Shown here: in pieces, positions 12,480-25,916 of the stretch | Position numbering within the stretch: position 1 is the first letter of the stretch | Layout: every line of letters begins with the position of its first letter | NCBI GenBank assembly: GCA_951406725.2 | Contig: OX597819.1 | Coordinates: 39,742,001 to 39,806,000, forward strand | DNA from: Octopus vulgaris | Taxonomy: Eukaryota | Length of the DNA stretch: 64,000 nt | Reading direction: 5' to 3' | Notes under the pieces: generated by a model | Databases searched by the model: none | What the model saw: the letters and a program-made list of their open reading frames with translations, nothing else | What the model was told of the DNA's origin: nothing | Position numbers and translations under genes: made by a program

Positions 12480-13454
12480 CTTTTACTATAGGCACAAGGC
12501 CTGAAATTTGGGGAGAGGGGATTGCCAAGAACAAAGAACTAAGTGCTCAAATGGTATTTAATTCATCGATCCAGAAGGATGAAGGGCAAAGTAGACCTCG
12601 GTAGAATTTTAGCTCAGAGCGTAAAGTCGAAAGAAATGCCGCAAAACATTTTTATCCGGCGTACGAACGATTCCGCTAGCTGGGAATCATAATGTAAATT
12701 AAGTATAATAACTTCAACTATTGATCTTCTTTTGCCAAAGGATAATAGCTGCTCACCATCCACAAAAAGTATTTTGACACGAATTGCTGCAAAGTGACAG
12801 CAAAATAAAAACAGATTTCTTTTACTTTTCCGCATGATTTAGTCTGGAAAATAAGAAAACTTTCGTGACATTTTTCCGGTAGTTCGTGTTTCTGAGAGGA
12901 AGGATGAAAGCTATCCTGGATATCTGACCAAAATGCTTGCAACAGAGTGTACTTCCAAGGGCGTCTGGTGGTATGAAAGCAGTTGCCAAATTAAGCCTGG
13001 TACCCAAGAACTGTTTGCAGTTTCTCCAGTGGTTTTCCTTACAATTCCAAAACTAAACTTCCACACAGTTTCCATCAACCAAATTTCACTCGCAAAGCTT
13101 AATATTTAAATGTAGCTCAATGTGACTATGTGGTTAAAAAGTTCGTTTTGAAATTGCGTTATTTGAGCAAGTCTCTTCTTATACAGCCTCAAGCTTTATG
13201 AAACTGTAGGCAAACTCGTTTCTGTTCTAAGGTGGTAGACTTAATACGTCACCCGGTTAAACACTAACACCACATGACCATAAGTACATTTAGAAGACTT
13301 TGCTCTGTTGCAAACTTTCTAGCTAAGACCTAGGACACGGCTTTACAATATCATCCACATCTTCCTAACTGTCCCGGAGGCTCTTAAAAATGTTACTGGT
13401 CTTTTTGACATTGGATACTGTCCTTTCTGCTTTGACTTAACGATAATAAAATAT

Positions 13455-13688
13455 AGGCGGTGAGCTGGCAGAAACGTTAGCACGCGAGGCGATATGCTTA
13501 GCGGTATTTCGTCTACCGCTAAGTTCTAAGCTCAATTTCCGCCGAGGTCGACTTTGCCTTTCATCCTTTCGGGGTAGATTAAATAAGTACCAGTAACGCA
13601 CTGGGGTCGATATAATCGACTTAATCCGTTTGTCTGTCCTTGTTTGTCCTCTCTGTGTTTAGCCCCTTGTGGGTAGTAAAGAAATAAA
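13455..13688 (+). mobile_element. tRNA-derived SINE, family 2
   Basis: Head ggcggtgagctggcagaaacgttagcacg and central gtcgactttgcctttcatcctttcggggt...aagtaccag. Flanked by a TSD-like ataataaaa(a)tata. Many homologues in the window. Confidence 0.85.
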
Positions 13689-14410
13689 TAATAAAATATA
13701 GGGAGAGGTGAGCCCAGTTAATTATTCAAACATAAAAAAAATATGAAAGACAGTTTGAAGATAAAGTGATCAGTTTAAGATTCTAGTTGATTCAAATTCT
13801 AGGCTCGACTTCATTTTAAGCCGAAAAAGCCGGCCTAGAATCAATGCAACCGTATATTAATTAAATATTTTAAATATACAGCATAAATCGAAAGAAAAGC
13901 ACCCATAAGGACTGACACAGATACACGGTAATGTACATGCATATGCATAAAATACTCCTCGTCCTTCATCCCCTCTTCCTCCACTCTTTCTCGTCGTCCT
14001 CCTCCTTCTGTTCATCCTCATCATCATCATAAAGAGTAGTGACAATGATAAATTGTACAACCATAAGAAGAAGTGATAATGCAGGATGTAAATATCAGGT
14101 GTAAATGATAGTGGATTTAAAAAAAAAAGTTTTGAGAAATACAACAAGTTGCTGCTATTGTTGTTCTTGTTATTGCTGCTATTGCTTACTATTTCTCTTG
14201 TCCATTCTTGAACGAGCAGACACATTTATGCTCAACGACATTCCAGTTGTAACCTTGGTCACTTCATGATGAAAGCTATTCTCGTCGCAAACATGTAATT
14301 TTTTAGATTTAGCTTGTGGGAGATTTCATTGCTATTTCAAGCAGGACTAACAAATAATTAGGGCATTTCATCTTCGGTTTGATAAAAAGTACACATACTA
14401 TTTATATGTA

Positions 14411-14460
14411 GACACATCTGATGAGAGCTCAATAAGGTTCGAAAATCGGTTAAGTTGTTC
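14411..14460 (+). ncRNA. Minimal type-I hammerhead ribozyme motif with a canonical core
   Basis: CTGATGA (14418-24), stem II GAGC/tcaataag/GTTC, GAAA, near-palindromic ATCGGT, then TA. Stem I (gacacat / agttgt) is imperfect. Confidence 0.65.
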
Positions 14461-14713
14461 CTCACATTTTTTTCAACCTACAGAGAAATTGCTAAATATG
14501 CCCTCTTTTTACATATATATATATATATACTATTTATGTTATGCCAAACCTTGATACAGTGTGGACTGAGGTCTCTGGAAATAACTATATATAAACACAA
14601 ATAGGAATATATATTATATATGTGTGTGTGCGCGTGTGAGCATACATGCTATACACAGATCTATGTATATATATATATATAACCTAAGGTATATATATTA
14701 TGTATACATGTAA

Positions 14714-14767
<54 letters not shown>

Positions 14768-14792
14768 ATATATATATATGTGTGTGCGTGTG

Positions 14793-14861
<69 letters not shown>

Positions 14862-15559
14862 AACATGAAGGTACACGTGATGCATCCGTGTCTCCATAAC
14901 GCACAAACATGCATGTATAACACATATAAATATATTATATATATATATACTCACACACGTGCCACACATATACATACACATATATGTGTATGCGTGTGTG
15001 TGTGTGTGCGTGTGTGTGTGTGTGCGTGTGTGTACATATAAATTACCTTTACAATTACCAGCAAAGTACCGTTAAAGTTGTAAAATATAATTTATGAACA
15101 TTCCGTATACCGCGTGCGCGCACACACACACACATACACAAGCATACGTATATATTCATGTGCTTATGTGTGTGTGTATGTATACGTGTGTCTGTCTCCC
15201 GCCGTAAATCTGCCTAGCTACCTGTCCACACCACATTCATTTCGTTTCAATGCCTCTAACATTGACTTTCTCACACGCTATCTCTTTCTCACACATTATC
15301 ACTCACTCACTCTTTCCTTTTCGCCCTTCATTCTCCTATATTTCCTTATTCTTCCACTATTTTTCTACTCCCACAATTACGACATATTTCCCCGCCCCTA
15401 AAATTATTTTATCTCTATTTACTTATCTAGTTTCGCCCGCCTTTTATACAAATATACATAAACATATGAACTAATATATATATATATAACATTCATATAT
15501 ACATACATATGCGTATACATATATATAGATACATAAACATATATGCATATATATATATA

Positions 15560-15651
<92 letters not shown>

Positions 15652-15654
<3 letters not shown>

Positions 15655-15874
15655 CACAACTATAAATAAGGATGTCTGAGAGACACCACCATGCCGAAGT
15701 AGCAGTCAAACCCTGACTCTAAAAACCACCTAAAATGTTGACATCGCACCACGAGATAAGACAGAGAGACATCGTGGTGCGATGTGAACATTTTAGGTGG
15801 TTTTTAGAGTCAGGGCTTGACTGCTATTTCGGCATGGTGGTGTCTCTCAGACACCTTTATTTATAGTTGTGAAA
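15652..15874. repeat. Near-perfect fold-back (arms ~103 bp, 17-nt spacer) containing a degenerate hammerhead-like motif
   Basis: Arms 15652-15754 and 15772-15874 are reverse complements with few mismatches. Each contains CTGAGA-GACA ccacca TGCC-GAA(A/G)-TAGCAGTC. Confidence 0.85.
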
Positions 15875-16190
15875 AATTATTACCTTTGTATGGTATTTAT
15901 TCCCATGCTGGCCACTTGATAATATCGATATTATCCTTATTTATAAATATATATATATATAGGGGTGCTGCTGTGATCGTTACCCTCAAAGTCTCAGGTG
16001 ATCACAGCCAATTTCTTTCAGAAAAATAGCGGGCAAAGGACTTTTCTTATAGACCCGGAAATGATGAAAAGCTAAGTTGAGCACGGCAGGATTTGAATTC
16101 GGAGCGCAGACTTGAGACACAAATCATTCTGTCCGATGCTCTAATGACTCTACCAATTTGCCGATCAACGTATGCATTTGTGTGTGTATG

Positions 16191-16232
<42 letters not shown>

Positions 16233-17094
16233 TGTGTGTATATGTATGTGTGCGTGTGTGTATATATGTATGTATGTATGTGAGTATGTGTGCGTGTGTG
16301 TATGTATGTATGTATGTATGTATGTATGTATGTATGTATGTATGTATGTTTAATCCCGTTTTTGTCGTCTCTGCTAGTTACGCTGTGGCACAGCGTGAAA
16401 CAGGATAATTTCACCAAGGTTGTGATCCTAAACAGCTCCGCAGTACCTTACAACAGCCCCGCATGAGCCACCTCACTGTGTGTAAGTGTATGTGCGTGTG
16501 TGTATGTGTGTGTGTGCGCGAGTGTGTATGTGAGTGTGTTAAACTGAAACCCTTTCCATATCTTTTTTTTCATTTTTTATTAGCAGAACCACGCCCATCA
16601 CACGCTGATGAGTAGGCTCTTACACGGATTGCATCCGGATATGACGATCTTCTTTCAACTTGATCGCCGGCTGCTGTCAGCTGAAGCGAACAACGCGTTG
16701 ACACTTACTGGAGAATAATAAATACGGTACTAGCAATAGTGATGATGGTGAGGGTAAGTGATGTTAGAGTAAGCGGGAGAATGAGGAGAAAAATGAGAAA
16801 GGTGTAAGGAGAAGAAGAAAGAGAAAGAAGAAGTGGAAGAAGGGAGAGAAAAGAGAACGTGTGGGTGAGAATGCGGTTATGTTGTTGGCAAGATGGCTGC
16901 GACCCACCATTATCATTCGAACGCCATAAAAGATGAGCAACATTGCTGAAGACTTAGTAGAAAAAAGACAGAGGTCTGGTGAGTGTGAATTAGAATGGAA
17001 GTGTTTAATGACATCTATAGAGGTAAGAGTGGATGTGTATATATGCTCATATGCTTATACACACATGCACTCTTACATATCGATCTTGTAAACG

Positions 17095-17128
<34 letters not shown>

Positions 17129-17129
<1 letters not shown>

Positions 17130-17540
17130 TTTTACTCTTTTACTTGTTTCAGTCATTTTACTGTGGCCATGCTGGAGCATCGCCTTTAGTCGAGCAAATC
17201 GCCCCCGGGACTTATTCGTTGTAAGCTCAGTACTTATTCTATCGGTCTCTTTGGCTGAACCTCTAAGTTACGGGGACGTAAACACACCAGCATCGGTTGT
17301 CAAGCGATGTTGTGGTGACAAACACAGACACACAAACATATACATATACACACACACATATATGTATACATATATACGACGGGCTTCTTTCAGTTTCAGT
17401 CTACCAAATCCACTCACGAGGATCTGGTCTGGTCGGCCCGAGGCTATAGTAGAAGACACTTGCCCAAGGTGTCACGCAGTGGGACTGAACCTGGAACTAT
17501 GTGCTTCGTAAGCAAGCTACTTACCACACAACCATTCCTA
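17129..17540 (-). mobile_element. SINE family 1, full length
   Basis: Colinear with 1021-1437. Confidence 0.85.
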
Positions 17541-17782
17541 TATAAATTTATTGTTAATATAAGTCGGGTGTGTGTTGCGTAACCTTACATAATAAATGAC
17601 AAAAAAGTCATCGTAAATAAACAACGACAGAAAAAAATCGTATACATACACTGAGCGTACAACCAGAGGGGAGACAGATACAGAAGGTCCCTAATTTGGT
17701 TATCAATCAAATCGTAATACTAAATTTCGCATCATGCACATGTTTTTTTATCTGTCATTGTTTATTTACAATGTATTATTTC

Positions 17783-17824
<42 letters not shown>

Positions 17825-18007
17825 CATATATATAATCGAATTATTTTAGACAGACAGGCTGTCACATAGACAGGTAGGCAGACAGACAGATGGGTAGATA
17901 CATGAGCTAGCTGACTACCTCCATATCAAAATAGGTGTACCGATAAAACATAAGGGTAAAATAAATTTGTGTTCTGAGATGTGTAAGGTTTTTGTGGAGG
18001 GAACAGC

Positions 18008-18107
<100 letters not shown>

Positions 18108-18374
18108 TTCAAAAAGGGAGAGAGAGAGAGAGAGAGAGGCGGGCGAGTTTACGTTACCGGTACTTAAAGAAAATAGTTGAAATCTATCGTAAGAACCGAC
18201 AATCGCTAGTAGTGCATATTTGAGTATGCATGGACGACTGAGCGAGTGCTTGTATGCATGTGCATATCTATGCAATTGTATGTGAATGTGTGTATGTAAC
18301 ACTGCACTGTATACGTCATCTAACACGTTTATTTTAAATAAACCTTGTATCAGGCACAAATACATACGCACGCA

Positions 18375-18429
<55 letters not shown>

Positions 18430-18554
18430 ATGTATATGTATATATATATGTATGTATGCATGTACACACACATACACACACATATATACACACACATATA
18501 TACATATATATATATATGTGTGTGTGTGTATGTGTGTGTGTGTGTATGTGTGTA

Positions 18555-18752
18555 TCTCGCCATGCTAGATCGCTAGCCACTACACATTCTTTATTTTCTC
18601 TCCATGTTTCTTTCTGTGTTTCTTTCTGTGGAAGAGCATAGGCTCGAAACGTTAAAAACTTTTCCACTTCCAGAGCGTTATTCTAATACACCTGTTTGTT
18701 GTTTACACCACCTGTTTTAGTCTTCTGTTCTTTTGTGAATTCTTCCCCCACC

Positions 18753-18753
<1 letters not shown>
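18555..18753 (+). mobile_element. Short Penelope-like element with hammerhead-like motif, family H1
   Basis: ttt-CTGTGGA-A-GAGC atag GCTC-GAAAC-GTT-aaa at 18623-18656. Homologous to 7910-8091 and 61688-61868. Confidence 0.7.
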
Positions 18754-18811
<58 letters not shown>

Positions 18812-19699
18812 TAAAAGTGTTTTCGTGACGAACATAACCCAACATGTTGTGGTCAGGGTCTTTTGGAATTAAGAGAGGTATGTAAAAATTAGATTTTTTG
18901 CACACACACACACGCAACAAAATGACATTAAAATTTTTTTTTTTTTCTCTTTTGATAATTCGTATTAAAACAGTACTGAATATAGGAATAATGTATTTAT
19001 TACAATTAAATGTAGAAAAAAACCCCCATTTTTCCACCTTATTTCGAAAATCTCGAAGAACAAGTCGCGGCACCTGGACAACTAACTGTTCGTGTTGCCG
19101 ATGCCTTTAAATGACCCCAGTTTAAAAGTATACCAGTTATAACTGGATAGAATGTCACAAAATGTTTGGCGGAGTTTTTAAACAGTTGTCTGTCGAAGTC
19201 CCATACTTGACGGGAAAGAAAAAGGTGCCCCCCCCCACCACCACCTTCAGTTATTAGTATTCTTGCGTTTCATACAATGGAAATTCCGATTCTGATTTTT
19301 TTTTTTTTTTTTTTTTTTTGTTATTTCTCTTATATGACTGCAGTATGTTTTAATGAAGATTCAAGTGTTATTTCCAACATTTTGTACTACCACAATAATT
19401 CAAGTATTCAGTAGTTTAACTTCAAACCAACTTTGTTCCAACTCTGACCATCCTGTCAATCCTTCAGACAGAGTGTATCCAATGTATGCTTTGATTTCAA
19501 AGAGATTTGGCTGCTATTTCTAGCAAATACTCATTTTCCCTGACCAGTTCTAGGTAACTGTACTTGAATAAGGAAAACTCGAATGTAAATAGATTTTACA
19601 AGTATTGAGAGTATAAAATAAAATGAGGATGTTTTGGTAAGTGTATTATTGTCTTAGGTGGGTCATGACTGAAGCAGACATTAAAAATATTCTAGACAC

Positions 19700-20180
19700 A
19701 GTCAAAATCAAACCAAATCAACATCAGTGGAAATTGCAGCTGTGGTTAAGCGAACCATCCGATCGTTTGTCCGTTGCCAGCCTCGCCTGGCCCCCGTGCC
19801 GTTGGCATGTAAAAGCACCATCCGCTCGTATCCGTTGCCAGACTCGCCTGGCCCCCGTGCTGGTAGCACGTAAAAGCACCATCCATTCGTGTCCGTTGCC
19901 AGCCTCGCCTGGCCCCCATGCCGGTGGCACGTAAAAACACCATCCGTTCGTGGCCGTTTGCCAGCTCTGTCTGGCACCTGTGCTGGTGGCACGTAAAAAG
20001 CACCCACTACACTCACGGAGTGGTTGGCGTTAGGAAGGGCATCCAGCCGTAGAAACACTGCCAAATCTGACTGGGCCTGATGAAGCCTTCCGGCTTCACA
20101 GACCCCAGTTAAACCGTCCAACCCATGCTAGCATGGAAAACGGACGCTAAATGATGATGATGATGATGATGATGATGATA
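19700..20180 (+). mobile_element. Retroposon with four ~60-bp internal tandem units and a (TGA)n tail
   Basis: The unit accatccgttcgtgtccgttgccagcctcgcctggcccccgtgccggtggcacgtaaaagc repeats from 19754 to ~20003. It continues ttggcgttaggaagggcatccagccgtagaaac...gcatggaaaacggacgctaaa(tga)n. Confidence 0.75.
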
Positions 20181-20274
20181 TATATATGGACGTCTTTTAT
20201 TCTTTTGTGAATTCTCCCCCACCCCATATATATATATATATATATATACGTTTGTATGTATATATATATCTTTC

Positions 20275-21695
20275 CATGGCAGAATGCTTCGCCATTATGA
20301 GGTCCTGGATATTTACCCAAAATAATACTGCGTGGCATTTGGGCCAAATATTTTCTGCGCTCTTGGGTTGAGCTATACCTTGTAAGTGTAATTGGTAAAT
20401 GTAAGTGTAGTTGGACACTGTACAGAAGCCTGTAATTCAAAGGCACAGTCTTCGTGTCTGCGGAATGTCCAACCCCTCTCACTTTATTCAATGATCCGGA
20501 AGTTCGGCTGAGCGAACAATTATGCGCTCTCTAGGGAGACATCAAATCGCAGTGGAGTCATTCAAGGAACTGTGCTGTTTTCAAGGAACCAGTACTCTTT
20601 TTGGTGGTTCTCTCAGACATGCCATCTATCATACAGTCAGCCATTCTCACCAGCGAGGCAGAGGATACAAAAGTATCACAGGTGATGGAGGATATTAATA
20701 ACATACTAAAACAGCAAAACAGCCTGAATATAATATACAAATGGGCTAATGAAAATAACATGCAGTTCAATGTTGGGAATTTACAATTGTCCAGCCCACA
20801 AACATACTACAATGGGAATACACAGAAAGAGTAGGTAGTGCAATGCCAGAGTTTGAGTCAGTGCGTGACCTAAGAATCTACATTTGTAATGATTCCAATG
20901 TGAATATTACAAGGATGACAACACTGTACAAGCTTGATGGATTCTGAGATCATTCAGAAGCAGGAAAAAGGATACCATGCTACTCCTATGGAGAATTTTC
21001 TTTCTCAGTTTTCCAGGTTATTGCTCCGAACTTGTGATCACTGAGGACTGGATGTGGAGGTCTTCAAAAAGCGCCAAGACAAAATTTTGTCTGAAATACC
21101 AGATGAACCCACATCACGGTAGAAACCACAAAAAAGACTAACTCCGTCCAATTCGCTACTTCACAAGAAACAGTACATTAAGGCGGCGAGCTGGCAGAAA
21201 CGTTAGCACGCCGGGCGAAATGCGTAGCCGTGTTTCGTCTGCCATTACGTTCTGAGTTCAAATTCCGCCGAGGTCAACTTTGCCTTTCATCCTTTAGAGG
21301 TCGATTAAATTAGTACCAGTTACGCACTGGGGTCGATGTAATCGACTTAATCCGTTTGTCTGTCCTTGTTTGTCCCCTCTGTGTTTAGCCCCTTGTGGGA
21401 AGTAAAGAAATAGGTATTTCGTCTGCCGTTACGTTCTGAGTTCAAATTCCGCCGAGTTCGCCTTTGCCTTTCATCCTTTCTGGGTCGATGAATTAAGTAC
21501 CAGTTACGCACTGGGGTCGAAATAATCGACTTAATCCCTTTGTCTGTCCTTGTTTGTCCCCTCTATGTTTAGTCCCTTGTGGGCAATAAAAAAATAAGAA
21601 ACTGTACAGAAAAGAAACCCAAACACACTAAGAGGCGGTGCTCCAGCATTGCCTTAACCTCCAGCTAAAACCAGTAGAAGATAAATGATAAAAGA
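20275..21695 (+). mobile_element. Decayed CR1/L2-group LINE (RT fragment and 3' tail), interrupted by a SINE
   Basis: SGVIQGTVL / VLFLVVLSDMP...TSEAEDTKVSQ...LNIIYKWANENNMQFNV corresponds to degenerate GVPQG..LGP.LF, (F/Y)ADDTK and W...N.M.FN RT motifs. The 3' end reads ggcggtgctccagcattgcc...aaccagtagaagataaa. Confidence 0.75.
21180..21597 (+). mobile_element. SINE family 2 with an internal tandem duplication of its 3' ~185 bp
   Basis: Unit 21180-21412 is followed by a headless repeat at 21413-21595. 13-bp TSD AAGAAAC(A/T)GTACA on both sides. Confidence 0.85.
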
Positions 21696-21699
21696 TACA

Positions 21700-21735
<36 letters not shown>

Positions 21736-21776
21736 TACTAACAAATTAATAAATAATGTATGTATATATATATATG

Positions 21777-21809
<33 letters not shown>

Positions 21810-21944
21810 TTTTTGGATTTGGTTTGCAAATCCTTTATGTGAGTTCGTGTATTGAAGCATATTCTGTTGTGTCTGGGAAGAGTCATTCTCTTTTAGTGCC
21901 TTAAAATTTAACACACTCAACGGTAAAATTTCTTTTTTATTTTC

Positions 21945-21981
21945 CTAAAATTTTCGTTGCGTCTTGCAACATTTTCAATAG
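21945..21981 (-). ncRNA. Minimal hammerhead-like motif with a U3-A8 core variant
   Basis: The minus strand reads CTA-TTGAAAA-T-GTTGC aagac GCAAC-GAAA-ATT-T-TAG. It has a perfect 5-bp stem II, a palindromic AATT stem III and a 3-bp stem I (CTA/TAG). Confidence 0.55.
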
Positions 21982-22126
21982 TTTTGGCTCAAGACGGATT
22001 TACAATATAGAATTGTGATGAACCATAACCTTGGATCCTACCACAAGATTACCTGGAGTTCTTCACTAATCTGGGTAATATTGTTAGCCTGGTATTTTAC
22101 CTGAATTTATAATCCTTCACTAGGTG

Positions 22127-22247
<121 letters not shown>

Positions 22248-22308
22248 AATAAGAAAATTTTCTTATTTGTATTATGAATTTACAGTAAAAATATTTTTAC
22301 CTTTACCC

Positions 22309-22339
<31 letters not shown>

Positions 22340-22915
22340 TACATATATATATATATATACATATGTATATATATATATATATACATATATATAAACCTAT
22401 ATATATACGTACATATACATATATATATATATATATATATACACAGATACATATGTGTGTGCGTATCTATGTATATGTGTGTGTTAGTATGAATATGCTT
22501 ACATGTGTGAATGTGTATTTATACGTGCATATTTTTACACTGATGTTGACAGTCTAGAAACGGGTATAGTTTACATTTATATTCTTTCGTGACATGTACA
22601 TTAGCGGTTCGACAAATAATCCTCGATAAAGAGATTGCAAAGTTAAAAGTAAAATTCCGTCGGCTTCATAGGATTGAGCACACCCGTGTGAAATGTGGTC
22701 CAGCCTGACCGCAAGACAATGATGTAAGGCTGCAAAATAATCAACACAAACGTATGTGTTCGTGCATGTGCATGTGTGTGCGTGAGTGTTTGCATCAGTA
22801 TGTATATACATACACATATATACGCCCGCACACATGGCTAAACTGGCAAAATGACCATTCCGAAATATAGCAATATCTGTTTCAACACACGACTTCACAT
22901 AAAAAATCTTGCACA

Positions 22916-22970
<55 letters not shown>

Positions 22971-22975
22971 CATAG

Positions 22976-23036
<61 letters not shown>

Positions 23037-23037
23037 C

Positions 23038-23070
<33 letters not shown>

Positions 23071-23405
23071 TGTATGTATGTATGTATGTATGTATGTATG
23101 TATAAATATATATATATATATATAAACTAGTAGTAACATGGAACAGCCACTTTGATGTGACGAATAACTTTACTTGCTTACACACACACACATACACACA
23201 CACACACATGCGTATCGGTAAAAATAGAGGAGTCTCCATAAATTGCTGTTTTTAAATTGATGCAAAATGCTAGTTTCGTATCCGAAGTAGCCACATGAAA
23301 TATTTGAGGTGCTACGAAGCTATGCTTGTAGGGTAACTGTTGTTTATAACATTCATCGAAAAGATTTGGAAATTAATTTAAATACCGATACAAAACAAAT
23401 ATAGA

Positions 23406-23479
<74 letters not shown>

Positions 23480-23584
23480 TGTGTGTGTGTGTGCTTGTGT
23501 GTGTGTCTACACTAAAGTATACACATATCTGTTCTCGCACGCATACAGGCAGATATGTATGTTCATGCATAGATAAATACGTAC

Positions 23585-23618
<34 letters not shown>

Positions 23619-23658
23619 TTATATATTTATATATAGAACGATAGATAGAACGATAGAT

Positions 23659-23757
<99 letters not shown>

Positions 23758-23899
23758 AAGGTATACGTATGTACGCATAGGTATACTTATGCATATATAT
23801 TTATATATGTATATTGATATCCGAAATTTTTTAAAACACATTCTCTATATAACTCTATATGTATATGTTTATAGATATTTATGCATTTGTGCGTGTGTG

Positions 23900-23945
<46 letters not shown>

Positions 23946-24104
23946 CACACGGACACTTATCCACACATACGCACGTATCCTGTTATCTTGAAACAATACC
24001 TTATTACTTCTATTTCTATAATTTCCATTATATTATTGTAATATTTTTGCGTCATTAAAAACTATGTTGTAAAATTTTACATTAGGTATATATATACATA
24101 TGTA

Positions 24105-24148
<44 letters not shown>

Positions 24149-24241
24149 TATATATATACATATATATGTATGTATATATAAATATATATACAAACACACG
24201 TTTATATATGTACGTATATCTCTCTATATGTGTGTGGTGTG

Positions 24242-24284
<43 letters not shown>

Positions 24285-24297
<13 letters not shown>

Positions 24298-24486
24298 GTG
24301 TGTATATGCATGTGTATGTATATATATATATATATGTATGTATATTTATGTGTGTGTATAGATAGAGACATTTTCTGACATATTTATATGCATATACATA
24401 TAAATTGTACGTATATATGTACATATACACACACATAAAATATTAAGGATTCATGTATGTATATATATTATGTATATATATGTATA

Positions 24487-24542
<56 letters not shown>

Positions 24543-24728
24543 CATATATATACATAATATAAATATATATATTTTATGTGTATATATACATATATACATA
24601 CAAATTACATGTATATGCATATAAATATGTCAGTAAATTTCTCTATCTTTCTATCTATCTATACACACATAAATATACATACATATATATATATATATAC
24701 ATACATACATATACACACATAACACACA
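24285..24728. repeat. Inverted duplication within microsatellite-rich DNA (arms ~24285-24443 and ~24569-24728)
   Basis: The unique anchor gatagagacattttctgacatatttatatgcatatac and gtatatgcatataaatatgtcagtaaatttctctatc are reverse complements. Confidence 0.7.
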
Positions 24729-24742
24729 CATATATATATATA

Positions 24743-24795
<53 letters not shown>

Positions 24796-24999
24796 TACAT
24801 ATATATACACACACATACAGTATTAAGGACTCATATATATATATAAGTGCATATAGATATATACACAAAGAGAAGACCTATAGCAAGATTCCTTGTATAT
24901 ATATACATAGGGAGAGAGAAAGAGAGAGATATGGTGATGCAGTAAAAGTATAACGTGTGTATGTGCATATGGGCGTATGTTAATATATACTTGTGTATG

Positions 25000-25031
<32 letters not shown>

Positions 25032-25039
25032 CTCGCATG

Positions 25040-25114
<75 letters not shown>

Positions 25115-25125
25115 GCACATATATG

Positions 25126-25179
<54 letters not shown>

Positions 25180-25580
25180 TATATGCATACGTACAAGCAT
25201 ACAATACATACATACGTACATATATGTGTGTGCATGCATGTATGAATGCATAGATGGTTTGGTTGATTTAGACATATGTTTACATATAAGCACATATATC
25301 TGTAATACGTCTTTTTTCATATGTGCATATACATACGTGTTTGTACCTGCTGCATACATGTATGTATATATCTATTTGTATATATAATATATATTTATGT
25401 GTATATACTTGCGAATATGTATATGTGTATGCATATTTTTATGCATATATGTAAAAGGTAAATAAGTTTATAGACAGGCACAGTTGTATCATATTACATG
25501 CATACTTGACATCGACGCACAAACACACACACACCAAATTAACTTTCATTTTTCATGATGAGGGCGTCTCGAATAAACTT

Positions 25581-25916
25581 TTTTATTTATTTATGCACCT
25601 TTTCGAAGCCTAGCCAGGCTCATGGGTCCGGTTTCACGGTTTCTATGGCGTATGTTTCTCCCCCCCCCCCCAGCTTGACGAGACGCCAGTCTATCGCAGG
25701 ATTACCGCAGGATTACTCTAGAAACATGAAGAAAGAGTGAAAGAAAGGTGAGGCGGAAGAATAAAACAGGGGTCGCCATCAACCCCTGCCGGAGCCTCGT
25801 GGAGCTTTTAGGTGTTTTCACTCAATAAACACATACAACGCCCGGTCTGGGAATCGAAACCGCGATCCTCCGACTGCGAGCCCGCTGCTCTAACCACTGG
25901 GCCATTGCGCCTCCAC
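25581..25916 (-). mobile_element. tRNA(Arg)-like-headed SINE, family 3, tail type A
   Basis: The minus-strand head GTGGAGGCGCAATGGCCCAGTGGTTAG...GGTTTCGATTCCCAGACCGGGCG contains A and B boxes. Shared body cacctaaagctccacgaggctccggcagggg. Confidence 0.85.

Noticed and set aside
19754-20003. ~60-bp repeats as a CRISPR array or repeat protein
   Set aside because: The units are tandem with no unique spacers, they lie inside a eukaryotic retroposon, and there are no cas genes.
20076-20100. CTGATGA followed by an AGCC/GGCT stem as a hammerhead
   Set aside because: No GAAA follows the stem; it is a simple hairpin (tgaagcc/ggcttca).
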